DNA from: an uncultured Verrucomicrobiae bacterium
GTDB taxonomy: Bacteria > Verrucomicrobiota > Verrucomicrobiia > Chthoniobacterales > UBA10450
Length of the DNA: 64,000 nucleotides
Direction: 5' to 3'
Assembly (NCBI GenBank): GCA_963726745.1
Contig: CAVSDR010000003.1
Coordinates: 864,001-928,000, forward strand
A model generated the notes under the pieces. The model was not told the origin of the DNA, ran no database searches, and saw only the letters and a program-made list of their open reading frames with translations. Of this stretch, positions 21,269 to 31,817 are shown piece by piece (the stretch's first letter is position 1; every line of letters begins with the position of its first letter). The position numbers were made by a program, and so were the translations under genes.

Positions 21269-23092
21269 CTAATTTTCCCGGGCGCGGGCGATCCACGCGT
21301 CCACCTGCTGCTCGAGGATCTCCAGCGGGAGCGCGCCGCTCTTCAAGACGGTGTCGTGGAACTCCCCTTCGCGGAAACGGCTGCCCAGTTCCCGCTCGGC
21401 CCGCGTGCGCAATTCCTGGATCTTGAGCATCCCGACCTTGTAGGCGCAGGCCTGCCCGGGCGAAACGATGTAGCGCTCGACCTCCGCGGTGGTTTCCTTT
21501 TCGCCCATGCCGGTCTTTTCCTCCATGTAAGCGATCGCCTGCTCGCGCGGCCACTTTTGCGCATGGATCCCGGTGTCGACCACCAGGCGCACCGCGCGGA
21601 ACATTTCCCCCTGCAGGCGGCCGAGATCGCCAAAGGGATCGCCTTCATACCAGCCGGCGTTTTTTGCCAGCCACTCGGCGTAGAGCGCCCAGCCTTCCGT
21701 GTAGGCGGTAAAGGGGATGATCTTCCGGAATTGCGGCACGCCGGTGATCTCCTGCGCAGTCGCGAGCTGAAAATGGTGTCCCGGCACGCCTTCATGGTAG
21801 GCCAGCGTCGGCATGCCCCAGCGCGGGTTCTCGCTCAGGTCGCGCAGGTTCGCGTAGAACACGCCGGGCCGCGTGCCGTCGAGCGCCGGCGGCTCGTAGT
21901 AGGCGCCCGCGAACGTCGCTTCCTTGAACTCGGGCACGCGGCGCACTTCCACTTTTGCGCGCGGGATGGTGCGGAAATGCTCGCGCGAACGCACCAGCGC
22001 CTGGTCGATCAGGCGGGTGTATTCCGCCAGCGCCGCCTCGCGCCCGGCGTCGTCATTGGCGAACAGGAAACGCGGGTCCGCCGCGAGCGCTTTCATCGCC
22101 GCGCCGATCGGCTGCCCGGCATAGCCATTGGCGTCGAGTAACGCCCGCATCTCGCCCTCGATCCGCGCCACCTCAGCCAGGCCTAACGAGTGGATCTCCG
22201 CGGGGTTCAGGCGCGTGGTCGTGTTCTGCCGGAGGAGATGCGCGTAATACTCCGCGCCGTCCGGCAATTTCCAGACGCCGTCGTCCGTGGTCGTCTTTGG
22301 CAGAATGCCGGAGAAATAGCCGGCCAGCTGGCGGTAGGCCGGGTAAACCTCCCCCGCGATCGCTTCCTCGACCCGGCGCTGGAAGTCGGCCCGTTGCGCT
22401 TCGCTCAAGCCCTCGATTTTGGCCGCGCGCCGCTGGAAGGAAGTCGCGAGGATGTTCTCCGCCGGCGGCGTGGCCACGAAGTCGTTCATCTCCTTGAGCA
22501 CCTTCTCGACCACGAAACGCGGCGGCAGAATGCCCTTCTCCTCGCGCACCCGCAGCCCCTCGATCAAGCCCTCGAACTGCGGCCCGACCGCGTGCAGCCG
22601 CTCGAGGTAATACTCGGCGTCGCGCGGTTTCCGCAGCCGATGGGTGTTGGCCATGAACGACGGGAAATTGCTCTGCACGCCGAAGAGTTGGTTCACCGGG
22701 TAGTCGTGCCATTGGAATTTTTCGCCTTCGAGTTGCACCTCCAGGAACCAGCCGAGCACGGCGGTCGAGAGGCGTTGCGATTCGCTCTGCCGGTCAGGCG
22801 AATACGCGCGCAGATGAGCCACGTCGCGGCGCAGCCGGTCGAATTGCGCGCGCTGATGCGCCGGCGAGAGGTCGTCGAGTTTCCCGCTGTGGCCGGTGAT
22901 CCCGAACTGCTCGACCAGCCCGACGCTGGTCAGGAGCTGCGGCTGATCGAAGAGGAACTCGAGGAAAACTTTCTCGTAGAAAACGTTGAGCGACCACGGA
23001 CGGAACCAGATCGCGTTCGCCACGAAGACCGCCGCGACCAGCAGACACAGAAGAACGATTCCACCAAGCCACTTGCCGACGCGCTTCAACAT
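21269..23092 (-). CDS. DUF885 family protein
   Basis: AYHEGVPGHHFQ, EGWALYAE, RAVRLVVDTGIH, EVERY, PGQACAYKVG. Start at MLKRVGKW with an N-terminal TM. Confidence 0.9.
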   Translation of the reverse strand: MLKRVGKWLGGIVLLCLLVAAVFVANAIWFRPWSLNVFYEKVFLEFLFDQPQLLTSVGLVEQFGITGHSGKLDDLSPAHQRAQFDRLRRDVAHLRAYSPDRQSESQRLSTAVLGWFLEVQLEGEKFQWHDYPVNQLFGVQSNFPSFMANTHRLRKPRDAEYYLERLHAVGPQFEGLIEGLRVREEKGILPPRFVVEKVLKEMNDFVATPPAENILATSFQRRAAKIEGLSEAQRADFQRRVEEAIAGEVYPAYRQLAGYFSGILPKTTTDDGVWKLPDGAEYYAHLLRQNTTTRLNPAEIHSLGLAEVARIEGEMRALLDANGYAGQPIGAAMKALAADPRFLFANDDAGREAALAEYTRLIDQALVRSREHFRTIPRAKVEVRRVPEFKEATFAGAYYEPPALDGTRPGVFYANLRDLSENPRWGMPTLAYHEGVPGHHFQLATAQEITGVPQFRKIIPFTAYTEGWALYAEWLAKNAGWYEGDPFGDLGRLQGEMFRAVRLVVDTGIHAQKWPREQAIAYMEEKTGMGEKETTAEVERYIVSPGQACAYKVGMLKIQELRTRAERELGSRFREGEFHDTVLKSGALPLEILEQQVDAWIARAREN

Positions 23093-23172
23093 CCCGGGAG
23101 AACACCGGAAGCCGCGCGCGCGGTCAAGCCGGGGCTTGAAGCGGCCGCAGTTCACGCGGAAAGCATTGCTCG

Positions 23173-23961
23173 ATGAAGCTTCCTTACTTCGAAGTCGCGG
23201 CCTTCAGCCCACGCGCTTTTGCCGGCAATCCCGCGGGCGTTTGCCTCCTGGAGGAATGGCTCCCGGATGCGGTCATGCAGGCGATCGGCGCGGAGAATAA
23301 CCTCGCCGAGACCGCTTTCGTCGTTCCGCAAGGCGACGACTTTGGCCTGCGCTGGTTTACGCCCACGAGCGAGATCGATCTCTGCGGCCACGCCACCCTC
23401 GCCTCCGCGCATGTGCTCTTCCGGCATCGCGGGCTCGCGGGCGACAGCGTGCGCTTTCATTCGCCGCACAGCGGCCCGCTCGGGGTCGCGCGCGTCGGCG
23501 ACCGCCTGGTGCTCGATTTTCCCACGCGCCCGGTCGCGCCCTGCCCAGTCACGGAGGAAATAGCCAGCGCCCTGGGCGCGCGGCCGGTGGAGCTTTTCCA
23601 GGCGCGCGATTACCTCGCGGTCTTCGAAAACGCCGCGCAAATCCGCGCGCTCCGGCCGGACATGGCGCAGCTGATCTCGCTGCCTAACGAGGGCGTGATC
23701 GTGACCGCGCCGGGCGACGATTGCGATTTCGTTTCCCGCTTTTTCGTGCCGCACCACGGAATCCCGGAGGACCCGGTCACCGGCTCGACTCACTGCAATC
23801 TCATCCCCTTCTGGGCCGAGCGGCTGGGCAAGACCACCCTCCATGCGCGCCAGATTTCCGCGCGCGGCGGCGAACTTTTCTGCGAACTCCGGGGCGACCG
23901 CGTCCGCATCGGCGGCCACGCCGCGACCTACCTCACAGGCGAAATCGAAATCCCGGACTAA
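23173..23961 (+). CDS. PhzF family isomerase
   Basis: AFAGNPAGV, ENNLAETAF, LRWFTPTSEIDLCGHATLA, EDPVTGS. Confidence 0.92.
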   Translation: MKLPYFEVAAFSPRAFAGNPAGVCLLEEWLPDAVMQAIGAENNLAETAFVVPQGDDFGLRWFTPTSEIDLCGHATLASAHVLFRHRGLAGDSVRFHSPHSGPLGVARVGDRLVLDFPTRPVAPCPVTEEIASALGARPVELFQARDYLAVFENAAQIRALRPDMAQLISLPNEGVIVTAPGDDCDFVSRFFVPHHGIPEDPVTGSTHCNLIPFWAERLGKTTLHARQISARGGELFCELRGDRVRIGGHAATYLTGEIEIPD

Positions 23962-24674
23962 CGAACAAAACTCGCGCCGTTAATGTCGAGCACCGCGCCG
24001 GTCATCGAGGCCGGCGCTTGCAGCGCGAGATAGGTGATCACGTTGCCTACTTCCTCCGCGCTGGCCACGCGGCCGAGCGGGATCTCTTTCAACAAAGCCT
24101 CGCCCCCGCGGCTGCTCAGGTATTCCTCCGCCATCCCGGTCATGGTGAAACCGGGCGCGACCGCATACGCCAAAATCCCTTCGCCCGCGAAGCCGCGCGC
24201 GATCGACTTGGTCACGCCCACGAGCGCTGCCTTCGACGCGGCGTAATGCCAATGCTCCGGCGAATCGCCGCGATAAGCTGCGCGGCTAACGACATTCACG
24301 ATCCGCCCGCCGCCGCCGCGCGCGCGGAAATGGCAAACCGCCAGCCGGCAAAGATCGGCCGCGGCCTGGAGATTGATCTGCATCGTCCGCTGCCAGAGCG
24401 CGCGCCAGCTTTCCGCGCTCTCGCCCACGGAAGCGCGCTCGTAGATCCCGGCATTGTTGATCAGCACGTCGATCCGGCCGTCGAGCCGATCGAGCGCTTC
24501 CTGCCACAGATGTTCCGCCGCCTCGGGCTGCGACAGGTCGGCCGCGAGCTGCATCTCGCCGTCTATTTTCGAGCCGTGACCTACCACGCGTGCGCCCTGT
24601 CGCTCGAGTTCCACGCGCGCGGCCGCGCCGATCCCGCGCGTGCTTCCGGTTAATAAAACATGCGTCGCACTCAT
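23958..24674 (-). CDS. SDR family oxidoreductase
   Basis: TGSTRGIG, NNAG, YAASK, VAPG motifs. Confidence 0.9.
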   Translation of the reverse strand: MSATHVLLTGSTRGIGAAARVELERQGARVVGHGSKIDGEMQLAADLSQPEAAEHLWQEALDRLDGRIDVLINNAGIYERASVGESAESWRALWQRTMQINLQAAADLCRLAVCHFRARGGGGRIVNVVSRAAYRGDSPEHWHYAASKAALVGVTKSIARGFAGEGILAYAVAPGFTMTGMAEEYLSSRGGEALLKEIPLGRVASAEEVGNVITYLALQAPASMTGAVLDINGASFVR

Positions 24675-25747
24675 TTTTTCGGCTCCGATTCCTGCAGCAA
24701 CTTCACCAGGTCATCCTTCCAGAGCGCCGCGAGCGTGTGGCTCCCGTGCCCACGCGTCTGCTCGCTCCGCGGGACCACGAGCGCGCGGCCGTGCGGCACG
24801 CGCTTGATCTCGCGCTCGAGAATCTCGAGCTCGGGCGGATTGATCAAGTCGTCGGCAAAATTGATCGCGAGAAGCGGCGCCTTGATCTTTTCCAAGCCGG
24901 GGCCGGGATCGTAATCGTGCGAAGCCTCGACCGCGTAGAGCACGTCGGTGGCGTCGGCATTCTTCAGGTAAGCCTCGACGTATTTATCCAGCGCCTCGTC
25001 CGTTTCCTTGAGCGTCGGCGTCTCGTTTTGCCTAACGACTGGATTGCTGCTCATGAGCCAGAGCATCTCGCCGGCCGTGCGCAGGCTCGGCGGTTGCGCG
25101 GCATATTCGCCTTCGTTCCACTTAGGGTCGTTCCGGATCGCGTCGATCACCAGCCGCCGCCAGGCGCGATTCCGCCCGGAAATTTGCGCGGGCAAACTGG
25201 CCAGCGGCAGGAGCGCGTCCATGAACTCCGGATAGGTCTCGCCCCAGAGCCAGGTGTGCATCCCGCCCATCGATGTGCCCATGACCAGGCGCGCGTGATC
25301 CACGCCCAGGCCGTCGGCCAGGAGCTGGTGCTGCGCCTTGATCATGTCGCGATAGCCGTAGCGCGGGAATTTTGCGTGCAACCCTTCGCTCGGGCGGGAC
25401 GACTTTCCGTGGCCAATGCCGTCCGGCAGGACGATGAAAAACTTCGCCGCGTCGAGCGGCTGACCGGCGCCGAAGAGTTCGCCGGCGAATTCCGGCCGGA
25501 TGAAATTCGAGCCGTTGCCGGTGGTGCCGTGGGTGATCAGGACCGCGTTGAGCGCGTGGCCTTGCGCGTCCTTTTTCAGCGTCCCGACGGTGCGGTAATG
25601 GATCCGCAGCTCAGGCAATTTCTCGCCGGAGGCGAACTCGAAATTCTTGAGCGTGTAATCGGCTTCCTGCGGCGCGGGATACTCCGCCGCGCGGACGGCG
25701 GCGAAAGGAAAAGCGAGAAGGGCGACTGCGAAAAGCTTCAGGTTCAT
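24671..25747 (-). CDS. Secreted homoserine O-acetyltransferase-like alpha/beta hydrolase
   Basis: Signal peptide, HGTTG, GTSMGGM nucleophile elbow, ADDLINPPE, GHGSHT. Confidence 0.8.
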   Translation of the reverse strand: MNLKLFAVALLAFPFAAVRAAEYPAPQEADYTLKNFEFASGEKLPELRIHYRTVGTLKKDAQGHALNAVLITHGTTGNGSNFIRPEFAGELFGAGQPLDAAKFFIVLPDGIGHGKSSRPSEGLHAKFPRYGYRDMIKAQHQLLADGLGVDHARLVMGTSMGGMHTWLWGETYPEFMDALLPLASLPAQISGRNRAWRRLVIDAIRNDPKWNEGEYAAQPPSLRTAGEMLWLMSSNPVVRQNETPTLKETDEALDKYVEAYLKNADATDVLYAVEASHDYDPGPGLEKIKAPLLAINFADDLINPPELEILEREIKRVPHGRALVVPRSEQTRGHGSHTLAALWKDDLVKLLQESEPKK

Positions 25748-25778
25748 TTTGTGAAAGCGCTGCCTAAATTCTTCGGGA

Positions 25779-26666
25779 ATGATCCACGTCCTCGATACCC
25801 GTCAACTCGGCCGGCCCGGGATCATCGCTGCGACTGCGCTGGAAACAGCCGAAGGCCTGGCGCTGTTCGACACCGGCCCGGAGTCGACCTTCGCGACCAT
25901 CGAAGCGGAACTGCAGCGGATCGGCGCGCACGCGGCGGACGTGCGCCATGTGTTCCTGAGCCACATTCACTTCGACCACGCGGGAGCTGCGTGGCGTTTC
26001 GCTGAGCTGGGCGCGACGGTTTACGTGCATCCGCGCGGTGCCCGGCATCTGCTCGATCCGGCCAAGCTGGTGGCCTCGGCCACGCAGATTTTTGGCGACG
26101 AGATGGAGCGGCTCTGGGGCCGGGTGCAGCCGGTGCCGCCCGAGCGTTTGCGCGTGCTCGAGGATGGCGCGCGCGTCCGCCTCGGCGCGGTCGAAGTGCG
26201 GGCGGTGGCGACGCCGGGACACGCGAGCCATCATCACGTCTACTATTGGGACGACGTGCTCTTCGGCGGCGACATTGCCGGCGTGCGGCTCGGGCGCGGA
26301 CCGGTGATTCCACCCTTCGTGCCGCCGGAGTTGCAGGTCGAGGAATGGCTCCAATCGATCGCCCGGATGCGCGCGCTCGCGCCGGCCACGCTTTACCTGC
26401 CGCATTTCGGCCGGGTCAACGATTCGTTAGCCGACCACTTCGACGCGCTCGAGGAACGGGTGCGCCGCTGGGCCGATTGGTTCCGCGAACGCCAGTCGTT
26501 GACCGAGGCGGAGCTGGTGCCGGCTTTTGCCGAACAGGAACACGCGGAACTGCGCGCCGGTGGAGCCGACGCGGAAGGGGTGCTTGATTATGAAGCCGCC
26601 GATCCCAGCGCAATGGCGGTGACTGCGGCGCTCCGCTATTGGCGCAAGAAACAGGCGACAAATTGA
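25779..26666 (+). CDS. MBL-fold metallo-hydrolase
   Basis: [19 protein letters not shown] and PHFG motifs. Confidence 0.9.
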   Translation: MIHVLDTRQLGRPGIIAATALETAEGLALFDTGPESTFATIEAELQRIGAHAADVRHVFLSHIHFDHAGAAWRFAELGATVYVHPRGARHLLDPAKLVASATQIFGDEMERLWGRVQPVPPERLRVLEDGARVRLGAVEVRAVATPGHASHHHVYYWDDVLFGGDIAGVRLGRGPVIPPFVPPELQVEEWLQSIARMRALAPATLYLPHFGRVNDSLADHFDALEERVRRWADWFRERQSLTEAELVPAFAEQEHAELRAGGADAEGVLDYEAADPSAMAVTAALRYWRKKQATN

Positions 26667-27647
26667 TGCTCTATTCCATTCTCGATCTTTCCCCGGTGCG
26701 CGAAGGGGGCAATGCCGCGGAGGCCTTCCGCCACTCGGCCGACCTCGCGGTGCACGCGGAGCGCTGGGGCTACACGCGCTATTGGCTGGCGGAGCATCAC
26801 AACATGCCGGGGATCGCGAGCGCCGCGACCTCGGTGGTGATCGCGCACGTCGCCGCGGCCACGAAGACCATCCGCGTCGGCTCCGGCGGCGTGATGCTGC
26901 CGAACCACGCGCCGCTGGTCGTAGCTGAGCAATTCGGCACGCTCGAATCGCTTTACCCGGGCCGGATCGACCTCGGGCTGGGCCGCGCGCCGGGGACGGA
27001 TCAAACCACCGCGCGCGCGCTCCGGCGTTCGCTCGGGAGCAACGGCGACACTTTCCCCGACGATCTGCTCGAGTTGCAGGCGTATTTCCGGCAGGAGGTG
27101 GGCGCGGTCAGCGCGGTTCCCGGGCGCGGGCTGGAGGTGCCGATCTACTTGTTAGGCTCGAGTGATTTCAGCGCGCAACTGGCGGCCGAGCTCGGCCTGC
27201 CGTTCGCCTTCGCCTCGCATTTCGCGCCCGATTATCTGCCGGTGGCGATTGCGCTCTACCGACAAAATTTCAAGCCTTCCAAGGCGCTGGCAAAACCACA
27301 CCTGATCGTCGGGATCGGGTTGTATCTTGCGGAGACGGATGCGGAAGCGGCGCGGCTTTTCACCTCCGCGCAGCAGATGGGGCTGGCGTTGATCCGCGGT
27401 CGCCCCAGCTTGCTGCCACCCGCCGGTGGAGAGCATGGAAGGGCGCTGGAATCGCGGAGAGGAAAATGCCGTCCGCCATCGCGGGACCTACGCGATCGTG
27501 GGATCGCCGGAAACCGCGCGCGCGAAATTAGCCAGCATTCTCGAGGAGACGGGCGCGGATGAATTCATCGCCGTAAGCCAGATCTACGACCACGCGGCGC
27601 GGCTCCGTTCCTACGAGCTGGGCGCGGAAGTTTTCCGCTCGCTCTAG
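26666..27647 (+). CDS. LLM-class (luciferase-like) flavin-dependent oxidoreductase (apparent frameshift near 27420)
   Basis: [37 protein letters not shown]. The C-terminus (VGSPE...ADEFI...RLRSYEL) is in ORF 27426..27647. Confidence 0.85.
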
Positions 27648-27653
27648 CACTCG

Positions 27654-28061
27654 TTAGGGCAAAGGCGGCGGACCGCCGGGCCGATGCTGCCGCCGGAGCA
27701 TCTCCTCGTGGTGCGCGCGCATTTTTTCCAGCTCGGCCAACTGCGCGGGCGTGAGCAGCGGCTTCATTTGCTCGTGCGATTGCTCCATCGCCTGGCGCAC
27801 CCGCTGGGTGGTCTCGCCGCGGATGCCTTCGAGCTGCGCGCTCAGCTGCTCGACGATCGGATCGATCGCGCGCGCCTGGTCCGGAGTCAGCTTCAGTTGC
27901 TCGCGCAAATGCAGCCGCATCCGGTCATCCAACGGTCCGCCGTGCGGTGGTCCGCCGCGGCGGTGCATCTGGTGCGCCGCGCCCAGGAATCCGGTGGCGA
28001 TGCCGGCGAGGTAAACCACCACGAGCGCGACCGCGATCCAGATTTTAGCCGACGCGTTCAT
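27654..28061 (-). CDS. Membrane-anchored periplasmic helical protein (Spy/CpxP/heavy-metal-sensor-like)
   Basis: N-terminal TM, LKLTPDQ and LLTPAQ repeats, third gene of the ECF operon. Confidence 0.7.
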   Translation of the reverse strand: MNASAKIWIAVALVVVYLAGIATGFLGAAHQMHRRGGPPHGGPLDDRMRLHLREQLKLTPDQARAIDPIVEQLSAQLEGIRGETTQRVRQAMEQSHEQMKPLLTPAQLAELEKMRAHHEEMLRRQHRPGGPPPLP

Positions 28062-28360
28062 TGCCAGCTCCCAGCTTCGATCACGCGATCGGCCATGGCG
28101 TAGGCGGTGGCGGTGGGCGAATCGATTTCTTCGACCTGCTGCAGCTGCCACCAGGCGGCCGAGCCGGCGCAGGCTCCGACGAGCAAGGCCGCGACCGCAA
28201 TGCGCCGGAGGAAAACAGCCAGCACGCCGCCGTTTGACGGAGCGTAGCCGCGCGCGCGCGCGAGCACGCGCGTGTCGAAACCGAAGGGCATTTCCGCGCC
28301 CGGCGCTTCCGCCCGCGCGGCCGCGCGCAGGAGGCGATCGAGTTCATCCGACGCGGGCAT
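28058..28360 (-). CDS. Putative anti-sigma factor
   Basis: 100 aa, LDRLLRAA..PFGFDTRVLA, single TM, overlaps the 3' end of the ECF sigma gene. Confidence 0.65.
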   Translation of the reverse strand: MPASDELDRLLRAAARAEAPGAEMPFGFDTRVLARARGYAPSNGGVLAVFLRRIAVAALLVGACAGSAAWWQLQQVEEIDSPTATAYAMADRVIEAGSWQ

Positions 28361-28946
28361 CTTCCTCCTTTATCCGCGCCAGGAGCGCTTTCAATTTCTG
28401 CCGTGCACGAAAGGCGCGCACTTTCACGAGCGCGCCGCTCCAGCCGGTGAGCGCGCGAATCTCGGCGACGCTTTTGCCTTGGAGATATTGCAGGTCGATG
28501 ACGAGCCGTTCGGCTGGGGCGAGGCGCTCGAGCAGACGCGCCACGAGATCGCGCGCGGCGTAGCTCTGGTCCGGCGCCAAGTCGCTGTCTGTTTGCGCAA
28601 GATTGGCCATGACCGCGGCCTGCTCTTCGCTCAGGTCGGCGTGGCGCAATTCCGGGCGCGCCTTCTCCGCGGCGATCTGGTTCAGGCAGGTGTTGATCGC
28701 GATCCGCGAGACCCAATGCTCCAGCGGGACGGCGCCGGAGTATTGCCCGAGTTTTTGGAAAATTTTCACGAAGATCATCTGGCAAAGGTCCTCCTCGGCC
28801 GCGCGCGCCGGACGATGCGAACGGACCAGCCGGGCCACGAACGGGTAGAGATGCTGCAGGAGCGCCCGCGCGGCTGCTTCTTCTTCGCGCCGCGCGCCTG
28901 CCACCAGCGCAGCCACGTCGACCTCATCAGCCATGCGTTCCACCAT
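28344..28946 (-). CDS. ECF-type RNA polymerase sigma factor
   Basis: AEEDLCQMIFVK, HWVSRIAINTCLN (region 2), SVAEIR..VKVRAFRARQKLK (region 4). Confidence 0.9.
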   Translation of the reverse strand: MVERMADEVDVAALVAGARREEEAAARALLQHLYPFVARLVRSHRPARAAEEDLCQMIFVKIFQKLGQYSGAVPLEHWVSRIAINTCLNQIAAEKARPELRHADLSEEQAAVMANLAQTDSDLAPDQSYAARDLVARLLERLAPAERLVIDLQYLQGKSVAEIRALTGWSGALVKVRAFRARQKLKALLARIKEEDARVG

Positions 28947-28965
28947 GCATCCACTCTGTGGGAGA

Positions 28966-29032
28966 TGACAGGCGCCCGGCCGCGGCGGTTACAAAAAAAA
29001 CTTTTGTAACCAAAAGCCCCTGTCGCTGGTCA
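28966..29032. promoter_or_regulatory. Back-to-back ECF-type promoters, TGTAAC-N18-GTCA on each strand
   Basis: Plus strand: TGTAAC 29005-29010 and GTCA 29029-29032. Minus strand: TGTAAC 28993-28988 and GTCA 28969-28966. Both spacers are 18 nt. Confidence 0.65.
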
Positions 29033-29086
29033 AACCCTGCAAGCACCCGCGCTCCGGCGCACCAACCAAGAAAGACAACCAGCAAG

Positions 29087-29509
29087 ATGAAACGACAACT
29101 CCTAGCACTCGCCGCCTGCAGCGCCCTCGCGCTCGGCTCCACCTTTACCCTGCTCGCCGGCGAGCCGGAACCCGGCCGCGGCCCGGGCTACGGTGAGCAC
29201 CACGGCGGCATGCGCGGTCACGGTCCCGGCCCCATGGGCGGAAATCCGCTCGAGCACCTAACCAGGGAGTTAAACCTGACCGAGCAGCAAAAAACGCAGG
29301 TCGCGCCGATCGTCGAGCAGGCCAAGCCGCAGATCAAAGCAATCCACGAGGAAGCGATGCAGAAAATGCACGCGGTGATGGAAAACGCCACGGCGCAGAT
29401 TCGCCCGCTGCTCACGGCCGAGCAGCAGACCAAACTCGACGCGATGAAAAAGGCGCACGAGGACGAGATGAAGGCCCACCAGGAGATGGACCAAGCCAAG
29501 GCCAAGTAG
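29087..29509 (+). CDS. Spy/CpxP-family periplasmic protein
   Basis: Signal peptide MKRQLLALAACSALALG, Gly/His/Met-rich linker, LNLTEQQ and LLTAEQQ (LTxxQ) motifs. Confidence 0.8.
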   Translation: MKRQLLALAACSALALGSTFTLLAGEPEPGRGPGYGEHHGGMRGHGPGPMGGNPLEHLTRELNLTEQQKTQVAPIVEQAKPQIKAIHEEAMQKMHAVMENATAQIRPLLTAEQQTKLDAMKKAHEDEMKAHQEMDQAKAK

Positions 29510-29530
29510 CTTTCGGCAGAGAAAAGGCAG

Positions 29531-29566
29531 GCAGCGGTCGCCGCGAGGTGGCCGCTGCTTTTTTCT
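29531..29566 (+). terminator. Intrinsic terminator
   Basis: GCAGCGGTCGCC-gcga-GGTGGCCGCTGC followed by a T run, between convergent genes. Confidence 0.75.
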
Positions 29567-29586
29567 CTCCTGCTCCTGAGCAGGAA

Positions 29587-30447
29587 TTACGTGCTGCGCT
29601 CGATCGGCATGCCGACGCGATTCCCCCACTCGGTCCAGGAGCCGTCGTAATTGCGCACGTTCTCGAGGCCGAGGAGGTAGGTGAGGACAAACCAAGTGTG
29701 GCTCGAGCGCTCGCCGATGCGGCAATAAACGATCGTCTCCCGGTCCGAGGAAACACCGCACTCCTCCTGGTAAATCTTGGCCAACTCGTCGGCTGATTTG
29801 AAGGTGCCGTTGTCGTTGGTCGCAGTTTTCCACGGGACGCTCTTCGCTCCGGGGATGTGGCCGCCGCGGAGCACGCCTTCCTGCGGATACTCCGGCATGT
29901 GGGTGATCTCGCCTTTGAATTCGCCCGGCGACCGCACATCGATCAACGGCTTCCCGGCTTTGCTTTGCGCGAGCGCTTCATCGGCGAAGGCGCGAATCTC
30001 CTGGTCGTAGCGCTTTGCCGGCTCCGGATATTTTGTGGCTTCGAACTTCGGCACTTCACGCGTCATCGGCCGGCCTTCGGCTTTCCATTTGTCGCGGCCG
30101 CCGTTGAGGATTTTCACCTTCGTGTGGCCAAAAAGCCGGAAAGCCCAGAGCGCGTAGGTGGCCCACCAGTTGGCCTTGTCGCCGTAGAAAACGCAGGTGG
30201 TCTCGGGCGTGATCCCGTGGCGCGAGCAAAGCTCGGCAAATTTAGCCGGCGAGATGTAATCGCGAATCAACGGGTCCTGCAGATCGCTCCGCCAATCGAT
30301 GTGGACCGCGCCGGGAATGTGCCCGGAGTCATAGAGCAGGATGTCCTCGTTTGACTCGACGATCCGCAGGCCGGGATCGTTCAGGTGCTCGGCCAGCCAG
30401 GAGGTTTCGACGAGCGCCTCAGGATGGGCGTAAGAGTGAGTGGCCAT
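29587..30447 (-). CDS. Two-domain thiosulfate sulfurtransferase (rhodanese)
   Basis: [20 protein letters not shown] active-site loop, YDGSWTEWG signature. Confidence 0.92.
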   Translation of the reverse strand: MATHSYAHPEALVETSWLAEHLNDPGLRIVESNEDILLYDSGHIPGAVHIDWRSDLQDPLIRDYISPAKFAELCSRHGITPETTCVFYGDKANWWATYALWAFRLFGHTKVKILNGGRDKWKAEGRPMTREVPKFEATKYPEPAKRYDQEIRAFADEALAQSKAGKPLIDVRSPGEFKGEITHMPEYPQEGVLRGGHIPGAKSVPWKTATNDNGTFKSADELAKIYQEECGVSSDRETIVYCRIGERSSHTWFVLTYLLGLENVRNYDGSWTEWGNRVGMPIERST

Positions 30448-30495
30448 GCGGTGAACTTCCGCCCGCCGCCGTCGAGCGGCAAGGCGATTGTCCCG

Positions 30496-31722
30496 CTAAC
30501 GCCGCCGCCGGCCGTAGCTGTAGCCGCCGTGCGTCCGCCCGCCGCCGATGGCGCGTTTGCCCGAGCCGGTGACCGATTCCGGCTCGAAGAGCGCGGTGTA
30601 TTTGTAATCGAAGCCCTCGAGCTTGAGGCGCGGAATCTTCGCGCCGATGAAGCGCTCGATCGCCTGGAGCGAGCCCAACTCTTCGCCGTTCATGAGCGTG
30701 AAAGCGTCGCCTACTTTCTGCGCGCGACCGGTGCGGCCGATGCGGTGGACGTAGTCTTCGCTGTGCTCCGGCACGTCGTAATTGATCACGTGGCTGATCC
30801 CGGCGATGTCGATCCCGCGCGCAGCGATATCGGTCGCGACCATGATCTCGTATTTGCCGCTCTTGAAGCCTTCGAGCGCCTCGACGCGTTCGCGCTGGGT
30901 GCGGTTGGAATGCAGCACGGCGACCGAGTGCTTCCCTTGCTTTAAGCGGACGGCGATTTTGTCGGCGCCGTGTTTCGTGCGCGAAAAAATGAGCGCGCTG
31001 TCAAAGTTCGTCCGCTCGAGCAGCGCCATCAGAAGATCGAATTTCTGGTCCGCCGCTACCGGGTAGACCGCGTGGGTCACGGTTTCGGCGGGCGAGCGTT
31101 GCGCGCCAATCTCGATCGTCTCGGGATTGCGCAGGACCCAGGATGCGAGGCGCTCGATCTCCGGCGGGAGCGTGGCCGAGAAAAGCAGCGTTTGCCGATC
31201 GGTCGAGATTTGCTCGACGATCCGGCGCACATCGGGAAGGAAACCCATGTCGAGCATGCGATCGACTTCATCGAGCACGAGGACGTTGACGCTGCGCAAG
31301 TTCATCGCGCCCTGCTCCAGGAGATCGAGCAAGCGGCCCGGCGTCGCGCAAACCACATCCACGCCGGACGCGGCCTCCTCGCGTTGCTTCCCGTAGCCGA
31401 CGCCGCCATGGACCAGCGAAACACGCAGATCGGTGAAGCGGCCGTAATCGCGGAAAGCAGTCTCGACTTGGGCCGCGAGTTCGCGCGTCGGCTCGAGCAC
31501 GAGGCAGCGAAAGGCGCCGTGTTGCGCCAGGTTCGTCAGGATGGGCAAAGCGAAGGCAGCGGTTTTGCCAGTGCCGGTCTGGGCGGTGCCAATCAAGTCT
31601 TTGCCCGCGAGGACGACCGGAAACGCCCGCAGCTGAATCGGCGTCGGGTCAGTAAATCCCATCGCCAGGGTGCCCTGCACGACTTCATCGGAAAGGCCAA
31701 AATCACGAAAACTCACGGGCAC
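30496..31722 (-). CDS. DEAD-box RNA helicase (RhlE-like)
   Basis: Q motif, AQTGTGKT, PTRELA, DEVD, SAT, ARGID, HRIGRTGR. Confidence 0.93.
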   Translation of the reverse strand: MPVSFRDFGLSDEVVQGTLAMGFTDPTPIQLRAFPVVLAGKDLIGTAQTGTGKTAAFALPILTNLAQHGAFRCLVLEPTRELAAQVETAFRDYGRFTDLRVSLVHGGVGYGKQREEAASGVDVVCATPGRLLDLLEQGAMNLRSVNVLVLDEVDRMLDMGFLPDVRRIVEQISTDRQTLLFSATLPPEIERLASWVLRNPETIEIGAQRSPAETVTHAVYPVAADQKFDLLMALLERTNFDSALIFSRTKHGADKIAVRLKQGKHSVAVLHSNRTQRERVEALEGFKSGKYEIMVATDIAARGIDIAGISHVINYDVPEHSEDYVHRIGRTGRAQKVGDAFTLMNGEELGSLQAIERFIGAKIPRLKLEGFDYKYTALFEPESVTGSGKRAIGGGRTHGGYSYGRRRR

Positions 31723-31817
31723 ACGCTACGCAGATAAGCGCCTCACACAACGCAGCGCCTAACAACTCCCGCAGGAACCGTTGCTAGAGCAACCGGCGCT
31801 TTGTGCGAAGCTGCGCG

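Noticed and set aside
28987..29011. Inverted repeat read as a terminator or repressor operator
   Set aside because: It lies between divergent starts and is better explained as two back-to-back ECF -35 elements, each with a matching -10 at the same spacing.
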